Notes: a model not told the origin generated them from the letters alone. DNA of 64,000 bases from Eledone cirrhosa (GCA_964016885.1 OZ024741.1:226858001-226922000), one strand, 5' to 3'; shown: positions 31,615 to 49,584, counted from the first letter of the stretch. Made by a program: numbers and translations.

Positions 31615-33720
31615 CCACCACCACTTTTCACTAACAGCCACAACACCAAACACCGCCATTACCACCACAAAATGCACCACCATCTCCGCCACTGCCACCA
31701 CTATCATACTACCAAAAACAACTACCACCACCACCACCACCACCACGACCGCCGCCGCCGCCACCGCCACCACAAGAGGCAGCATCATCTCCGCCACTGC
31801 CACCACTACCACACTACCAAAACTACAACCACCACCACCACCACCACCACCACAACAACAACAACCGCCGCCGCCGCCACCACAAGAGGCAGCATCACCT
31901 CCGCCAATGCCACCACTACTACACTACCAAAACTACGACCATCACCACCACCACCACAACCACCGCCGCCGCCACCACAAGAGGCAGCATCATCTCCGCC
32001 AATGCCACCACTACCACACTACCAAAACTACGACGACGACCACCACCACCACCACAACCACCGCCGCCGCCACCACAAGAGGCAGCATCATCTCCGCCAA
32101 TGCCACCACTACCACACTACCAAAACTACGACGACCACCACCACCACCACCACCACCACCACAACCGCCGCCGCCGCCGCCACCACAAGAGGCAGCATCA
32201 TCTCCGCCAATGTCACCACTACCACACTACCAAAACTACGACCACCACCACCACCACCACCACCACCACCACCACAACCACCGCCGCCGCCACCACAAGA
32301 GGCAGCATCATCTCCGCCAATGTCACCACTACCACACTACCAAAACAACTACCACCACAACCACCACCACCACCACCACCACAACCGCCGCCGCCGCCGC
32401 CACCACAAGAGGCAGCATCATCTCCGCCAATGCCACCACTACTACACTACCAAAACTACGACGACGACCACCACCACCACCACAACCACCACCACCACCA
32501 CAACCGCCGCCGCCGCCACCACCACAAGAGGCAGCATCATCTCCGCCAATGCCACCACTACTACACTACCAAAACTACGACGACCACCACCACCACCACC
32601 ACAACCGCCGCCGCCGCCACCACCACAAGAGGCAGCATCATCTCCGCCAATGCCACCACTACTACACTACCAAAACTACGACGACCACCACCACCACCAC
32701 CACCACCACAACCGCCGCCGCCGCCACCACCACAAGAGGCAGCATCATCTCCGCCAATGCCACCACTACTACACTACCAAAACTACGACGACCACCACCA
32801 CCACCACCACAACCGCCGCCGCCGCCACCACCATAAGAGGCAGCATCATCTCCGCCAATGCCACCACTACCACACTACCAAAACTACCACCACCACCACC
32901 ACCACCACCACCACCACCACCACCACCACAACCACCGCCGCCGCCACCACAAGAGGCAGCATCATCTCCGCCAATGCCACCACTACCACACTACCAAAAC
33001 TACGACCACCACCACCACCACCACCACCACAACCGCCGCCGGCGCCACCACCACAAGAGGCAGCATCATCTCCGCCAATGTCACCACTACCACACTACCA
33101 AAACTACGACCACCACCACCACCACCACCACCACCACCACAACCGCCGCCGCCGCCGCCACCACAAGAGGCAGCATCATCTCCGCCAATGCCACCACTAC
33201 TACACTACCAAAACTACCACCACCACCACCACCACCACCACCACAACCGCCGCCGCCGCCACCACAAGAGGCAGCATCATCTCCGCCAATGTCACCACTA
33301 CCACACTACCAAAACAACTACCACCACCACCACAACCACCACCACCACCACCACCACAACCGCCGCCGCCGCCACCACAAGAGGCAGCATCATCTCCGCC
33401 AATGCCACCACTACCACACTACCAAAACAACTACCACCACCACCACAACCACCACCACCACCACAACCGCCGCCGCCGCCGCCACCACCACCACTACCAC
33501 CACCACCACAACCGCCGCCGCCGCCACCACAAGAGGCAGCATCATCTCCGCCAATGCCACCACCACAACCACCACCACCACCACCGCCGCCGCCGCCACC
33601 ACAAGAGGCACCTACATCTCCGCCAATGCCACCACTACCACACTACCAAAACAACTACCACCACCACCACCACAACCACAACCACCACCACCACCACCAT
33701 CAAAAGGCACCTACATCAGA
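31615..33720. repeat. Compound minisatellite, about 90-125-bp units
   Basis: Fixed core acaagaggcagcatcatctccgccaatgccaccactaccacactaccaaaact plus variable (ACC)n/(GCC)n. Confidence 0.95.
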
Positions 33721-34107
33721 GCAACTGCCACTAGCATTGCTTTGTCTGTCGACTGAAACTTTTATGGATGAGATTCGGTGCTTCCGGCGGGATACGTTAT
33801 ATAATAAAACTCAAGTCTTGTTAAAAGTCTTTTCAACACAACAGTGTCGAAGATAATGAGAGTGAGAGATACACGATCACAGAAGCGAGAGGCGTTTGAG
33901 GGTTTGGCTTTCATACAGTACACGGATGAAGATGTCTTAGTACGGTGCTTTTTTCAGCCATCTGCTTCTCACCTGAAGACGTTCCAGGCCATTTCATTTT
34001 CGTTTCTTACCTTTCCTCTTGTTTCTAATATTATTATTTCAGCTTGCACGTGCAGATTAATGGTTTTATCACCTGAGGAAAACAAGCACACGCACACGCA
34101 CAGAGAA

Positions 34108-34214
<107 letters not shown>

Positions 34215-34600
34215 GAAGAGATTGAGAAATTCAGCACAAGTGAGTGCCTGACTGACAATGTGACACACACACACACACACATACACATATATATATATAT
34301 GTGTGTAGAGGGGGGGGTCTGTGTCACTTTGTCACTCAGTCACTCACTTCCATGCGCTGATTTTCTCAATCCCCCTCAACTGCCTCTCTATCTATCTATC
34401 ATATATATAGCTCTGATTTCTCTGAATTATTGAGCCCTCTGCCACTCATGTCGAATTTTGTTTATCGTGAACTCGTGCGCCGATTTTTCGATACTCGATT
34501 ATTCTACTATATCATATATATATATACAATATGTTGAAAAGGTAACGAGATTCTATGGCTCCGTTAATTTATCGTGATATATATAAATATATGTTATAGT

Positions 34601-34651
<51 letters not shown>

Positions 34652-34864
34652 GTATATATGTATGTATTTTTTCTCGCGAGTCAGTTCTTTCGTTGCTACG
34701 GTCCCCGCGGCTGAATTACCGGTCGCTATCTTCAATTTGCAAAGCCCTTTAAACGGTATGTTATTACTCTAAGGTTTTATACCTTATCGAGTGCTTGGCT
34801 GCACTTCTGATTGCATTCGTTGGCTTAGCTGCGGTTCGAGCTTCGACTATGCTGTACTTCCATT

Positions 34865-34941
<77 letters not shown>

Positions 34942-35483
34942 AGAGAGAGAGCATGTGATATTTTTCCCATTCGAATGTATCACTGGTAATTATCACTTTT
35001 CTTCAGAAATCCCCCGAGGAGCCGTGATCTCACAGCTGTAGATATCCTAAATTATTGGAATATCGAAGCTACAGCTTACTCGGCGAAACCGGAGTCAGGA
35101 CATTGAAGTGAATTAGGTAACTTTTTTTATTTTGTTTGCTTTCCTACTATACTCTTGACCTTAAACCCTCAAATAATTCCCCAAGATGAAGTAATGTCGC
35201 ACATCGGGAGACCAGGTTCCAAATAAACATAATATCACAATCCAGTGTACACATAATTAAGATGAAATAAAATACTTAGCTACTAAAGAAAAGAGCGAAA
35301 CGATTACAAGATGAAGAATACAAAAAAGCTAGTTCCTATTCCATAACCTAAAAACCAGAATAAGAATAAAGAAAATACCCAATTTATTAAGAAATAAGCA
35401 AAAATGATTCCATGATGACAAATATAAATATGATATCAAAGAATACCAAACGGTGACGTAAAAGGTATAAATTTCAGTGTCAT

Positions 35484-36043
35484 TGGTGGATTGGCAGTAT
35501 CGGTAGAGGGTCGGACGAGTTCAAATCCCGCCGAGGTTAACTTTGCCTTTCATCCTTACGGGGTCGATAAAATAAAGTACCAGTAATGCACTGGGATAAT
35601 TGCTGGCCTTGTGCTTAAAGTAGAAACAATTATTAATATAAAATGGGCGGTGAATTGGCGGTGGATTGGCAGTGTCGGTAGAGGGTCGGACGCCACGCTT
35701 TGACGTATAGAGTTACGGCCCTTGCCATTCTGAGTTCAAATCCCGCCGAGGTTAACTTTGCCTTTCATCCTTACGGGGTCGATAAAATAAAGTACCAGTA
35801 ATGTATTGGGTAATTACTGGCCTTGTGCCAAAAGTAGAAACAATTATTAATATAAAATAATTAGGCGGTGGATTGGCAGTATCGGTAGAGGGTAGGATGC
35901 CATGCTTTGACGCATGGTGTTACGGCCCTTGCCATTCTGAGTTCAAATCCCGCCTTTCATCCTTACGGGGTGGATAAAATAAAGTACCAGTAATGCACTG
36001 GGATAATTGCTAACCTTGTGCCACAAGTAGAAACAATTATTAA
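35484..36043 (+). mobile_element. Three tandem SINE copies, Nin/Deu-domain-like
   Basis: Head ggtggattggcagtrtcggtagaggg recurs at about 35486, 35680 and 35867, each unit ending gtagaaacaattattaatat. Confidence 0.85.
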
Positions 36044-37344
36044 TATCGAATAAACATAATGTAATTAAGATTAAATAAAATATACACAAGCATAAAATAT
36101 TCAACCACATAATCAGAGATTAACAAAAAATTAACGAAACAAGATCTAGATCGTTGGTGGTCGCAGACAAAGTGAGAGAATCAGTACCTTGGCACTATTT
36201 TCTGATGTTGCCTGTCAAGTAACGGTCAATCAAAATACCAACAAATGTTTATAGAATTGTATTACTCCTAAATGAAGCTAAATTCAAAGTAGGTCATCAG
36301 AGCATACAATTTAAAGTTCTACAGACAAAGGAGTTTAATTTCAAAGTCCTATGTCTCTCATCTGCTAACTATAAATAACCCCAAATTTCCCACTAAATCT
36401 CTCTATTAGCGCCAAGGCACCTACGGTTCATTAAAAAGACAGTTTCATCAGGGAAACAGGGGTAGCCCCTATTTCCCTTGTCTTACAGCTAGTGATAGGA
36501 AGCTATACTCAACCTGGAAATCTAACCAGTATACTTGCAACAAAATGGATTTCACTAAACGCACACAAGAACCAGGTTGTGGGGTTGGGGTGAGTATGTT
36601 AAACCAGTTAAATGATTAAATATATCGCCTAAGAACACAGAACGCAAAAAGAGCTGAAACAAATCATGATTTCTAATGTAGGCACAAAACCAGCAATATG
36701 TGGTCTGGGGAAATGTCAATTATATCAGCCCCAGTACTTGACATGTGCTCTATCAACTACAGAAAGATGAAAGGCAAAGATGACATAGGCTGAATTTGAA
36801 CTCAAGACGTAAACAGCTAGAAGAAATGACGCAAAGCCTTTGTCCAAAGAGCTAGAAATTTCTCTAATTCACCTTCCTCTAGGCTGCTAATTCATTTCAT
36901 CGACCTCTGAAAGAATGAAAGGCAAGGTTGAACTGGTGATTGATATCAGAACGTTGAGATCTGGAACAAATATCGCTGAGGTTAACTTTGCCTTTAATCC
37001 TTACGGGGTCGATACGCACTGGGGTCGATTTAAATGACCCTCCACCCCCACCCCCCAAAAAATTGCTGGCATTGTGCCTATATAAGAAACCATAAACCTG
37101 TAAAAGTAGCGTAGTGTTATACAGTATGTCTGGTGTATTTTAAGCCTGAAAGTCTAAATACAGTCAGCTCCTTCCAGAGCTGGAAAGGGAGTTTTTTAAA
37201 GGAAGTTTTTTAAAATATAGGGGAAGACTGGTACTTTTTATCAACCTCAAAACGTTGGAGACAAAGATAACCTCCGCGGCGTTGAACTCAGAGTGCAGAG
37301 AACCGTAATGAATACTGTAAAGCACTCTATTCGGCATCACCATC

Positions 37345-40300
37345 TACACTAATACTCTTCCCATACCACCACCATCACCATCACCATCAACACTAATATT
37401 CTTCCCATACCACCACCATCACCACCACCATCACCACCACCATCACCATCAACAATAATACTCTTCGCATACAACCACCATCAACACTAATACTTTTCCC
37501 ATAACACCACCATCACCACCACCATCACCATCAACACTAATACTCTTCCCATACCACAACCACCACCATCAGTATCAACACTAATATTCTTCACATACCA
37601 TCACCATCAACACTAATAATCTTCCCATGCCATCACCATCAGCATCAACACTAATACACTTCACATACAACCATCACCACCATCAACACTAATACTCTTC
37701 AGATACCATCACCATCACCATCAACACTAATGCTCTTCAGATACCATCACCATCACCATCAACACTAATGCTCTTCACATACCACCACTATCACCATCAA
37801 TACTAATACTTTTTACATACCATCATCATCACCATCAACACTAATGCTCTTCACATACCACCACCATCAACATCAACACTAATACTTTTCACATACCACC
37901 ACCATCACCATCAACACTAATATTCTTCCCATACCACCACCATCACCATCAACACTAATACTCTTCACATACCATCACCATCACCATCAAGAGTAATACT
38001 TTTTAAATACCATCATTATCACCATCAACACTAATATTCTTCCCATACCATCACCATCAACACTAATATTCTTCCCATACCACCACCATCACCACCACCA
38101 TCACCACCACCATCACCATCAACACTAATACTCTTCCCATACCACAACCACCACCATCAGCATCAACACTAATACTCTTCACATACCACCACCACTATCA
38201 CCATCAACACTAATACTCTTCCCATGCCACCACCATCAGCATCAACACTAATACACTTCACATACAACCATCACCACCATCAACACTAATACTCTTCAGA
38301 TACCATCACCATCACCATCAACACTAATGCTCTTCACATACCACCACTATCACCATCAATACCAATACTTTTTACATACCATCATCATCACCATCAACAC
38401 TAATACTCTTCGCATACCACCATCATCAACATCAACACTAATACTTTTCACATACCACCACCATCACCATCAACACTAATATTCTTCCCATACCACCACC
38501 ATCACCATCAACACTAATATTCTTCCCATACCACCACCATCACCACCACCATCACCATCAACACTAATACTCTTCGCATACCACCATCATCAACATCAAC
38601 ACTAATACTTTTCACATACCACCACCATCACCATCAACACTAATATTCTTCCCATACCACCACCATCACCATCAACACTAATATTCTTCCCATACCACCA
38701 CCATCACCACCACCATCACCATCAAGAGTAATACTTTTTAAATACCATCATTATCACCATCAACACTAATACTCTTCCCATACCACCACCATCACCATCA
38801 ACACTAATATTCTTCCCATACCATCACCATCAACACTAATATTCTTCCCATACCACCACCATCACCATCAACACTAATACTTTTCACATACCACCACCAT
38901 CACCATCAACACTAATACTCATCACATACCATCACCATCACCATCAACACAAATACTCTTCACATACCACCACCATCACCATCAACACTAATATTCTTCA
39001 CATACCATCACCATCAACACTAATACTCTTCACATACCATAACAACACCATCAACACTAATACTCTTCACATTCCACCATCATCACCATCAACACTAATA
39101 CTCTTCACATACCACCACCATCACCATCAACACTAATACTCTTCACATACCATCACCATCAACACTAATACTCTTCACATACCATAACAACACCATCAAC
39201 ACTAATACTCTTCACATTCCACCATCATCACCATCAACACTAATACTCTTCACATACCATCACCATCACCATCAACACGAATACTCTTCACATACCACCA
39301 CCATCACCATCAACACTAATACTCTTCACATACCATCACCATCAACACTAATACTCTTCACATACCACCACCATCACCATCAACACTAATACTCTTCACA
39401 TACCACCACCATCACCATCAACACTAATACTCTTCACATACCACCACCATCACCATCAACACTAATACTCTTCACATACCATAACAACACCATCAACACT
39501 AATACTCTTCACATACCACCATCATAACCATCAACACTAATACCCTTCACATACCATCACCATCAACACTAATACTCTTCATATACCACCACCATCACCA
39601 TCAACACTAACACTCTTCACATACCATCACCATCAACACTAATACTCTTCACATACCACCACCATCACCATCAACACTAATACTCTTCACATACCACCAC
39701 CATCACCATCAACACTAATACTCTTCACATACCACCACCATCACCATCAACACTAATACTCTTCACATACCATAACAACACCATCAACACTAATACTCTT
39801 CACATACCACCATCATAACCATCAACACTAATACTCTTCACATACCATCACCATCAACACTAATACTCTTCACATACCACCATCATAACCATCAACACTA
39901 ATACTCTTCACATACCATCACCATCAACACTAATACTCTTCACATACCACCACCATCACCATCAACACTAATACTCTTCACATACCATAATAACACCATC
40001 AACACTAATACTCTTCACATACCACCATCATCACCATCAACACTAATACTCTTCACATACCACCACCATCACCATCAACACTAATACTCTTCACATACCA
40101 CCACCATCACCATCAACACTAATACTCTTCACATACAATCACCATCACCATCAACACTAGTACTCTTCACATACCATAACAACTCCATCAACACTAATAC
40201 TCTTCACATACCATCACCATCACCATCAACACTAATACTCTTCACATACCACCACCATCACCATCAACACTAATACTCTTCACATACCACCATCATCACC

Positions 40301-40465
40301 ATCAACACTAATACTCTTCACATACCATCACCATCACCATCAACACTAATACTCTTCACATACCATCACCATCACCATCAACACTAATACTCTTCACATA
40401 CCATCACCATCACCATCAACACTAATACTCTTCACATACTATCACCATCACCATCAACACTAACA
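37345..40465. repeat. Minisatellite array, about 33-45-bp units, decaying into CAC-rich DNA to about 40990
   Basis: Unit caacactaatactcttcacata-ccaccaccatcaccat repeated dozens of times. Confidence 0.95.
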
Positions 40466-42017
40466 ATCTTCATATGCCCCCACCAACACCCACACTACTA
40501 TCAATACTACTGCCAGCACTATTTCTACTACCAACATCACAACTAATCCCACACAACCGACACCACCACTTCAACAATCACCACTACGGTTCCACTAATA
40601 CATTCTCCATTACATTTAACAATTCGAAATCCTCAAACTGACTTATCGCACGCCTTACCCTCATCACCACCAACGCCACCACCACCACCAAATCACTACA
40701 GGCCTCATCACCAACACCACCAAATCACTACAGAATTCATCACAACCACCACCAACCCTACCACCACCACCAAATCTCTACAGACCCCCATCACCATCAC
40801 CACTACCTCCACTACCATCACCAACCCCACTAAATCACTATAGAACCCATCACCACCACCACCAACACCACCCATCACCACCCCACCAAGACCACCGCCG
40901 CCACCATCACCACCACTACTACCACTAAATCACTACAATCTCTACCCCCTTTTCCACCCCACCACCGCCACTACGACCACAAACGCCACCATTATTAATA
41001 GAACAACTGTAGACTTTCATCTCTTAGCAGTGTGACTTCTTGTTCCAAATGGTTTTTACAACTAAGAATTTGTCATATAACTTTGACTTGGAATCATTTA
41101 ATCAAATTCCATTCAATTCTGCAAGCCAAACCCTCGGCGTTTAATACAAGATCGCAATACTTTATAACTATTAGACATTTTAAGTATATTTATTCAATTT
41201 ATTTCTTTTGTATCTTTAACCCCTTGTTACCGATACCGAATAGAGCACACTCCAGATTTGCAGTCTTCGTTCTATATCGCTATTTTCCATTCATCCGAAT
41301 GGCATTGTTTGAAAAAGAAGAGCAATATTTGTAATATTTGGGTCAAGGAATGTATTTAACCCAGCAGGAAGTAGAGAATAAGGATCTAGAGCACAAAGAG
41401 AGACTGAAAAATCTATTCTGTCTATGAAGAAATTATCACTTATTATATTTTAGGTTTAGAGGCTGTTTTGATATCTTGAATTGATCGAGAGATTCCAACA
41501 TAGCTATTGTGTTTTCACGGCTTCCATAAATGAAATCTGTTTTTAAAACGGCTGCCGATGTTTCATGGAACAAAATCATTTGCCTCTTAAGATTGAAGTT
41601 TACATTATAATGTAAATTATACATTGTCCTGCGTGCTGCTGTCCACTCTTAGGCCAGTCATTATGAACAGAGCATTATTATATTACAGAAAGAATACTTA
41701 TAGAACATTCAGGAACATACACGAGAATCAACAACAGATACAAGAACGTTCAATAACAGTTAAACATCTTTTTTCGATTATCAAATGTAAAATGAAACAA
41801 TTGGATTTGAGTTCACATGGTAATGTTAAACGAATACTATTTAAACAAATAGTAATTAAACAGATACTATTTTATTCTTTAGTCCTTTGTTTTAAAATAA
41901 TTATAATTATTATGGATTACTATTCATTCTTATAATAATATCTAATATCGTGAGATTTAATTATAATGGACGAATGTATCCATCGTCCCTGTTGGCCGCC
42001 CGCAGACTGTACAATTT

Positions 42018-43460
<1,443 letters not shown>

Positions 43461-43467
<7 letters not shown>

Positions 43468-43911
43468 AAGTTAAATAAAAGTCAAATGATTAAAATTTAG
43501 CTTCGTTTATTACTGTTATATATATATATTTCAGTGACAGCCATCTTTGGCTGTGACCTCTTCAGGCAGTTTGAATTAGTATGGTATAGACAAGTACATA
43601 TGTTGTTTAGGTGTATAATATTGTGAATACTCTGATATGCCCAGTTCCTTGTTTGGTTGTTAATTCACTGAGGAACTGGAGTCATATGTACTTGTCTATA
43701 CCATACTAATTCAAACTGCCTGAAGAGGTCACAGCCAGAGATGGCTGTTACTGAAATATATATAGCAGTAATAAACGAAGCTAAATTTTAATCATTTGAC
43801 TTTTATTTAACTTTATTTTACACTACTCCGGAGTAACCAAACCAACCTGCGCACTTCGTCGAGTGCTCCAGCCTGCATACTGAGGTGTTGGTATACAACC
43901 AACATAAACTC

Positions 43912-43917
<6 letters not shown>
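43461..43917. mobile_element. PLE-derived fold-back element (family E)
   Basis: Same ends as 15251-15727, two inverted HHRs. Confidence 0.8.
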
Positions 43918-44007
<90 letters not shown>

Positions 44008-44010
<3 letters not shown>

Positions 44011-45889
44011 ATAATAATAAATTTGAAGACTAAAATCAAAGAGGGCTCGATAAGGATAAATATATATCAAATATATAAGATCCGTAGAGCAAATATTTAT
44101 TAAAATAGATTAAAGTTTAAGCAAAGAATCGCTGCTTTCACCCTTAAGGGGATCTTCTGAAACTAACAAAGTCAATCTGTAAACTCAGAAGTGGATATTT
44201 CAAAAAACATTGCAACTGGAGGAAGACAGGAAGACGATACTTTGGTTCGTGGAAACGTTCCCTGGCAAAGAACGGGAAAAAACGAATATAATACGTCATT
44301 AATAGGAGCGGTGAAAAACAATTACGCGCAAAGACAGAACCACGTTTATGGTATAAAAGAAGTCGTAGACTAATGTTCTCTTAGGTGGTTCATAGAGACG
44401 TTCTCTGGCAATGAACGGAAAAAACGAAGATAATACGTCATATGTGGACCGTAGAGAACAATTGCACGCAAAGACAAAACCACGTAAATGGTATAGCTGA
44501 AGTCGTAGACTAAATTCTAACTAGGAAACCGAATGAATCTCCGCTTCAGAGTTAAGAAAAAAGTAAATAAATACAATACAGGGGTAATAGAAATTAAATA
44601 AATGCATACACACATTCAAATACGTACATACACAAGCATACGCAAAACACTTGCCATAGGTATACAAAACCACGCACATATAAATATGTGTGTGTGTGTG
44701 TGCGTGTATACAAATAAATAATTAAATAAACGTATATAAATAAATAAATACGTATATAACAAGCGCACCCACATACCTACATGTAAATACACAAATGTTC
44801 GAAGACGTAAGTCAGCCAAAACATGAAGTACACATATACACACACCCTACATACGTACGAACCTGCATACACACGCAGACGCAAAACTCCCGTATACACA
44901 TATGCAAACCATATGTACCAGAAAATATAAAAAATGTATACGCCACAACATAATCAATCAAATATACGTATGAGGAAGTATACGTACCTTCACAAAACAT
45001 ACAGGTAATATATACTTACCTATGCAAATAAGTAATGGTATAAACAAAACATATACTTAGCTACCACATCAAGACGTAAAAAATCCACGTATAGATCGTA
45101 ATATCCGTTAGGGTATAATGTGGGGCTGTAATACAGGAAAGTTTTGTGTAATTTATGTTTACAAGCTGACTTACGTCTTCGAACATTTGTGTATTTACAT
45201 GTAGGTATGTGTGTGCGCTTGTTATATACGTATTTATTTATTTATATACGTTTATTTAATTATTTATTTGTATACACGCACACACACACACACACATATT
45301 TATATGTGCGTGGTTTTGTATACCTATGGCAAGTGTTTTGCGTATGCTTGTGTATGTACGTATTTGAATGTGTGTATGCATTTATTTAATTTCTATTACT
45401 CCTGTATTGTATTTATTTACTTTTTTCTTAACTCTGTATCGGAGATTCATTCGGTTTCCTAGTTAGAATTTAGTCTACGACTTCAGCTATACCATTTACG
45501 TGGTTTTGTCTTTGCGTGCAATTGTTCTCCACGCTCCACATATGACGTATTATCTTCGTTTTTTCCGTTCATTGCCAGAGAACGTCTCTATGAACCACCT
45601 AATAGAATATTAGTCTACGACTTCATTTATACCATAAACGTGGTTCTGTCTTTGCGCGTAATTGTTTTTCACCGCTCCTATTAATGACGTATTATATTCG
45701 TTTTTTCCCGTTCTTTGCCAGCGAACGTTTCCACGAACCAAAGTATCGTCTTCCTGTCTTCCTCCGGTGGCAACGTCTTTTGAAATATCCACTTCTGAGT
45801 TTACAGATTGACTTTGTTAGTTTCAGAAGATCCCGTTAAGGGTGAAAGCAGCGATTCTTTGCTTAAACTTTAATCTGTTATTTTAATAA

Positions 45890-45890
<1 letters not shown>
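44008..45890. mobile_element. PLE-derived fold-back (family A), about 720-bp arms
   Basis: About 44096-44816 inverted at 45165-45890, extension on left arm, (TA)n flanks. Confidence 0.82.
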
Positions 45891-45936
<46 letters not shown>

Positions 45937-45937
<1 letters not shown>

Positions 45938-48156
45938 CGAAGGAAATGTGGTAAGGAACCAGATGGACCATAATGCACCAAAGTACTCAATACTTAGGGT
46001 AGTAGAGTAGGTAATAGGAACAAGTAGGCCCCGACGGCTGAGCTCAAGTCGTTTCGACGACTAATTCTGGACTAAATAACAATTTTTAGCCTGGTAAATG
46101 AATAGACGAACTTCTCAGGGGGTAATTCCATATATGGTAAAAGTGATTATCACAAGGATTAGTCAAAAGTTTGTTGCTAAGACATATGATTCTATCATGG
46201 CATTTTGTGGAAGGTAGGTAGCTGAACTGCCAGTAGAAGAAAGAGGGAGAGGGAGTGGAGGAAATCCAGTCAAGCGTTGAAAGTGAAAGATACAACAGAT
46301 TCTAAGGATAGTGTATAGAAGGTCGAAAAAGTATACTAGAGAAGGGGAGGGAGGGGGGTGAAACAATAAGTAAATCTAAAGGGAGTAAACAAAAAAGCCA
46401 TTATAAAAATGAAGAAATATATAAAAAATATATTAAAAAACATAAAAAGCAATTTCTGGTTACTACTCCCCTTCCACAATCACTAAATCTCTCACTGGTA
46501 CTGCTAAGCTATAGAAAAGTTTAATAGGTGGGAAGGAATACTAAATAAGAGATTGTAGTTAAAGAATTTTATGAGGCCATCATTACAGCGGGTCTACCAC
46601 CACTACTATAGTTAGTAGTAATCAGCCAATGCTATCTTACAATGACAGGTTAATATGTTGAGGACCAACATACTAAAAAAACTAATACGAAATATTAATT
46701 CAGAATCCCGAAACATGAATACTAATGCAATATATATAAAAGTACTGCTACAATACATAAATTATAATACAATCTACATAAATACTCATACAATATATAC
46801 AAAAAACTAATACAATATATATAAATACTGCTACAATACATAAATTCTAATACAATCTACATAAATACTCATACAATATATATGAAAAGCTAATACGAAA
46901 TATTAATTCAGAATCCCCCAAAAAATAAATACTAATATACAAGAAACTAAAGTAGAAATACCACTAAGAAATCTAGAAATCACGGAAATGGAGCGGCAAC
47001 AAGAGAAGAAAGCAAGTATCTGGGGTCTAGCACATCTGCTATAAAAAGCGGAATCGGCCAATTCTATCATAAAATAAGGGGGGTGGTGGTACTGAGGCCA
47101 CAGAGGACCGAAGGGCTGCATCGGGGTGGGCGAGAAGGTGAAATGAACGACGACAAAGAAGGAGATCTGGGGGTGGAAGGACTAGGAAGGGATAGAGGAA
47201 GAAGGAAATATAGAGGAAACGATAAAAAATATATAAAAAAGTTACGTCTACTTTTGTAAGCAGGGGTTACCCCTTACAAAGTCGGCAAGTAGGGTGTTTC
47301 AGCCCTTGTCTACCCCCTGGGTCATTATGGGGTTTGAGAGCGAGGTAAGTCTTACGCAATCTGTGTTTGCATGCAGTTACCAGTTCGTCTTTCTTGTTTA
47401 GGAGTTGGTCCGTCTAAAACAACATTTGTAATGTTTCCTCCGAGCATAAGTTATACGGACGGCGTCCTCCCGTGTAAGAGTTGGCTCTGGACAGTAAGCT
47501 CCAAGTGAGATTGTAGGTTATATTATTATCTTTGAGGTCCCAGATGTGACCCGAAAGTGTAGTGGCGGGCGCCGGGCCGGGTTTCGGAAAGTATGATGGC
47601 CTCATAAAATTCTTTCACTACAATCTCGTATTTAGTATTCCTTCCCACCTATTAAACTTTTCTATAGCTTAGCAGTACCAGTGAGAGATTTGGTGATTGT
47701 GGAATGGAAGTAGTAACCAGAAATTGTTTTTTATATTTTTTTATATATTTTTTATATATTTCCTCATTTTTATAATGGCTTTTTTGTTTACTCCCTTTAG
47801 ATTTACTTATTGTTTCAACTTAACCCCCCCTCTCCCCTTCTCTAGTATACTTTTTTCGACCTTCTATACACTATCCTTAGAATCTGCTGTATCTTTCACT
47901 TTTAACGCTTGACTGGGTTTCCTCCACTCCCTCTCCCTCTTTCTTCTACTGGCAAGTTCAGCTACCCCTACCTTCCACAAAATGCCATGATAGAATCATG
48001 TCTTAACAACAAACTTTTGACCAATCCTTGTGACAATCACTTTTACCATATATGGTAGAAGTTCGGTTATTCATTTACCAGGCTAAAAATTGTTATTTAG
48101 TCCAGAATTATCCGTCGAAACGGCTTGAGCTCAGCCGTCGGGGTCCTACTTGTTCC

Positions 48157-48157
<1 letters not shown>
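45937..48157 (-). mobile_element. Naiad-like PLE 3' fragment with inverted 3' end (family G)
   Basis: 47330-47570 minus translates TTLSGHIWDLKDNNITYNLTWSLL...NLCSEE...LLNKKDELVTACKHR, arms about 46016-46582 and 47597-48157. Confidence 0.85.
46029..46122 (-). ncRNA. Hammerhead-like motif, long stems II and III, core CTGAGAA
   Basis: cccc-CTGAGAA-long hairpin-GAAA-cgrct..agccg-TC-gggg. Confidence 0.5.
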
Positions 48158-48224
<67 letters not shown>

Positions 48225-48696
48225 TAAACAATGAACAAAAACGATGGAATTGATTTCAAAGGCAGCATTTAATCAATGCTCCTTACAAATGTTTCAACAT
48301 ATAGGAAATTGTTCAATGTTTTCCTTGGAAATCCATTTCATACAATCGGCTTCTTTATGTGTCATTTTCATTGAGTTTTTGTCCCTCCGTTTAGTCTTAA
48401 ACAAATATTATTTTTTAATTTCACACACTAGAACTAAATTTGTATGCTACACATCTTTAGAGGAATTTCGTTTAGAAAAAACAAACGGGAAATTCTGTAA
48501 AAAAAACTATATTTGATATATATCTAACTATATCTATATCTATCTATCTATCTATCTATCTATATATCTATCTCTCTATATATAATAATAAGTTGACGGA
48601 CCCAGCATAGGTATCAATGCTTTTACCGGTTGCATCTTAGCGTACTCAATAGGTAATGTTAAATACACTCCCAGACACACACACACACATATATAT

Positions 48697-48813
<117 letters not shown>

Positions 48814-48954
48814 AAGGGGAGAAGCGACACACTCATCCACATATGACTGGGTCTTATTCCAACCAACTGTTCGTAAGTCGATATGAACATAACTTGAAGA
48901 TCTGTGCATATAATCAGGGGAAGTATTTTATGTGCATTACTCATATGTATTACG

Positions 48955-49163
48955 GTGTTGGATTGGCAGTATCAGTAGAGCGTCGGACAACATGTTTTAT
49001 GATGTAGAGTTACGGCCCTTTGCGTTTTAAATTCAAATCCCGCAGAGGTTAGCTTTGCCTTTCCTCGATAAAATAGAGTACCAGTAATGTACTGGAGTCG
49101 ATTTAATCGACTTTCCCATCCCCTTCAAATTGCTGGCCTTGTTCCTAAAGTAGAAACAATTAT
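48955..49163 (+). mobile_element. SINE, Nin/Deu-domain-like
   Basis: Family head, core and tail. Confidence 0.8.
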
Positions 49164-49584
49164 TCATATGCGCTGTGCTACGTAACAAATACATTTTACA
49201 TGTTTGTTCGTTCAGCTATCTCTTCCAATATAAGCCAGTCTCGTCCACGATGAATATCTTTTCTGTAAATATCCTTCTCTTTTGATCAAATTATCCAGTT
49301 TTGCCAAACTTTACGGTGCTACGACACCGGCATACGCTGCCTCTCCTGTTACTCGGGTATTATGCAAACTATTCCACGTATTCCGGTCCTTTACTTTTTC
49401 CTTGCTCCATGTTGATTAATTCTATTCATTTTAACTTCCAAACAAAGTACTTTCCTCTGCTTTTTCGCCCAGTGATGAAAAAAATCTTTTTACATGATAT
49501 TTTCGATAGTAGTAAAAGCTTAGAAGCGAGGCTAAGTGTGGTAGTTATGATATGTTTGCTGGAGTATAAATTATGCCTCTAAAG

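Noticed and set aside
31351-33856. Long ORFs (801, 477, 544 and 332 aa) rich in Pro/His/Thr
   Set aside because: Open in all three plus frames because the minisatellite lacks stop triplets, with frames switching between units and starts in microsatellite DNA.
37345-40465. CRISPR-like regular repeat
   Set aside because: Spacers are non-unique triplet repeats, context is eukaryotic and there are no cas genes.
47281-47326. SECIS-like AUGA...AA...GA hairpin after the Naiad GIY-YIG (minus)
   Set aside because: Helix II needs a multi-nucleotide bulge, and the in-frame stop upstream is TAG, not TGA.
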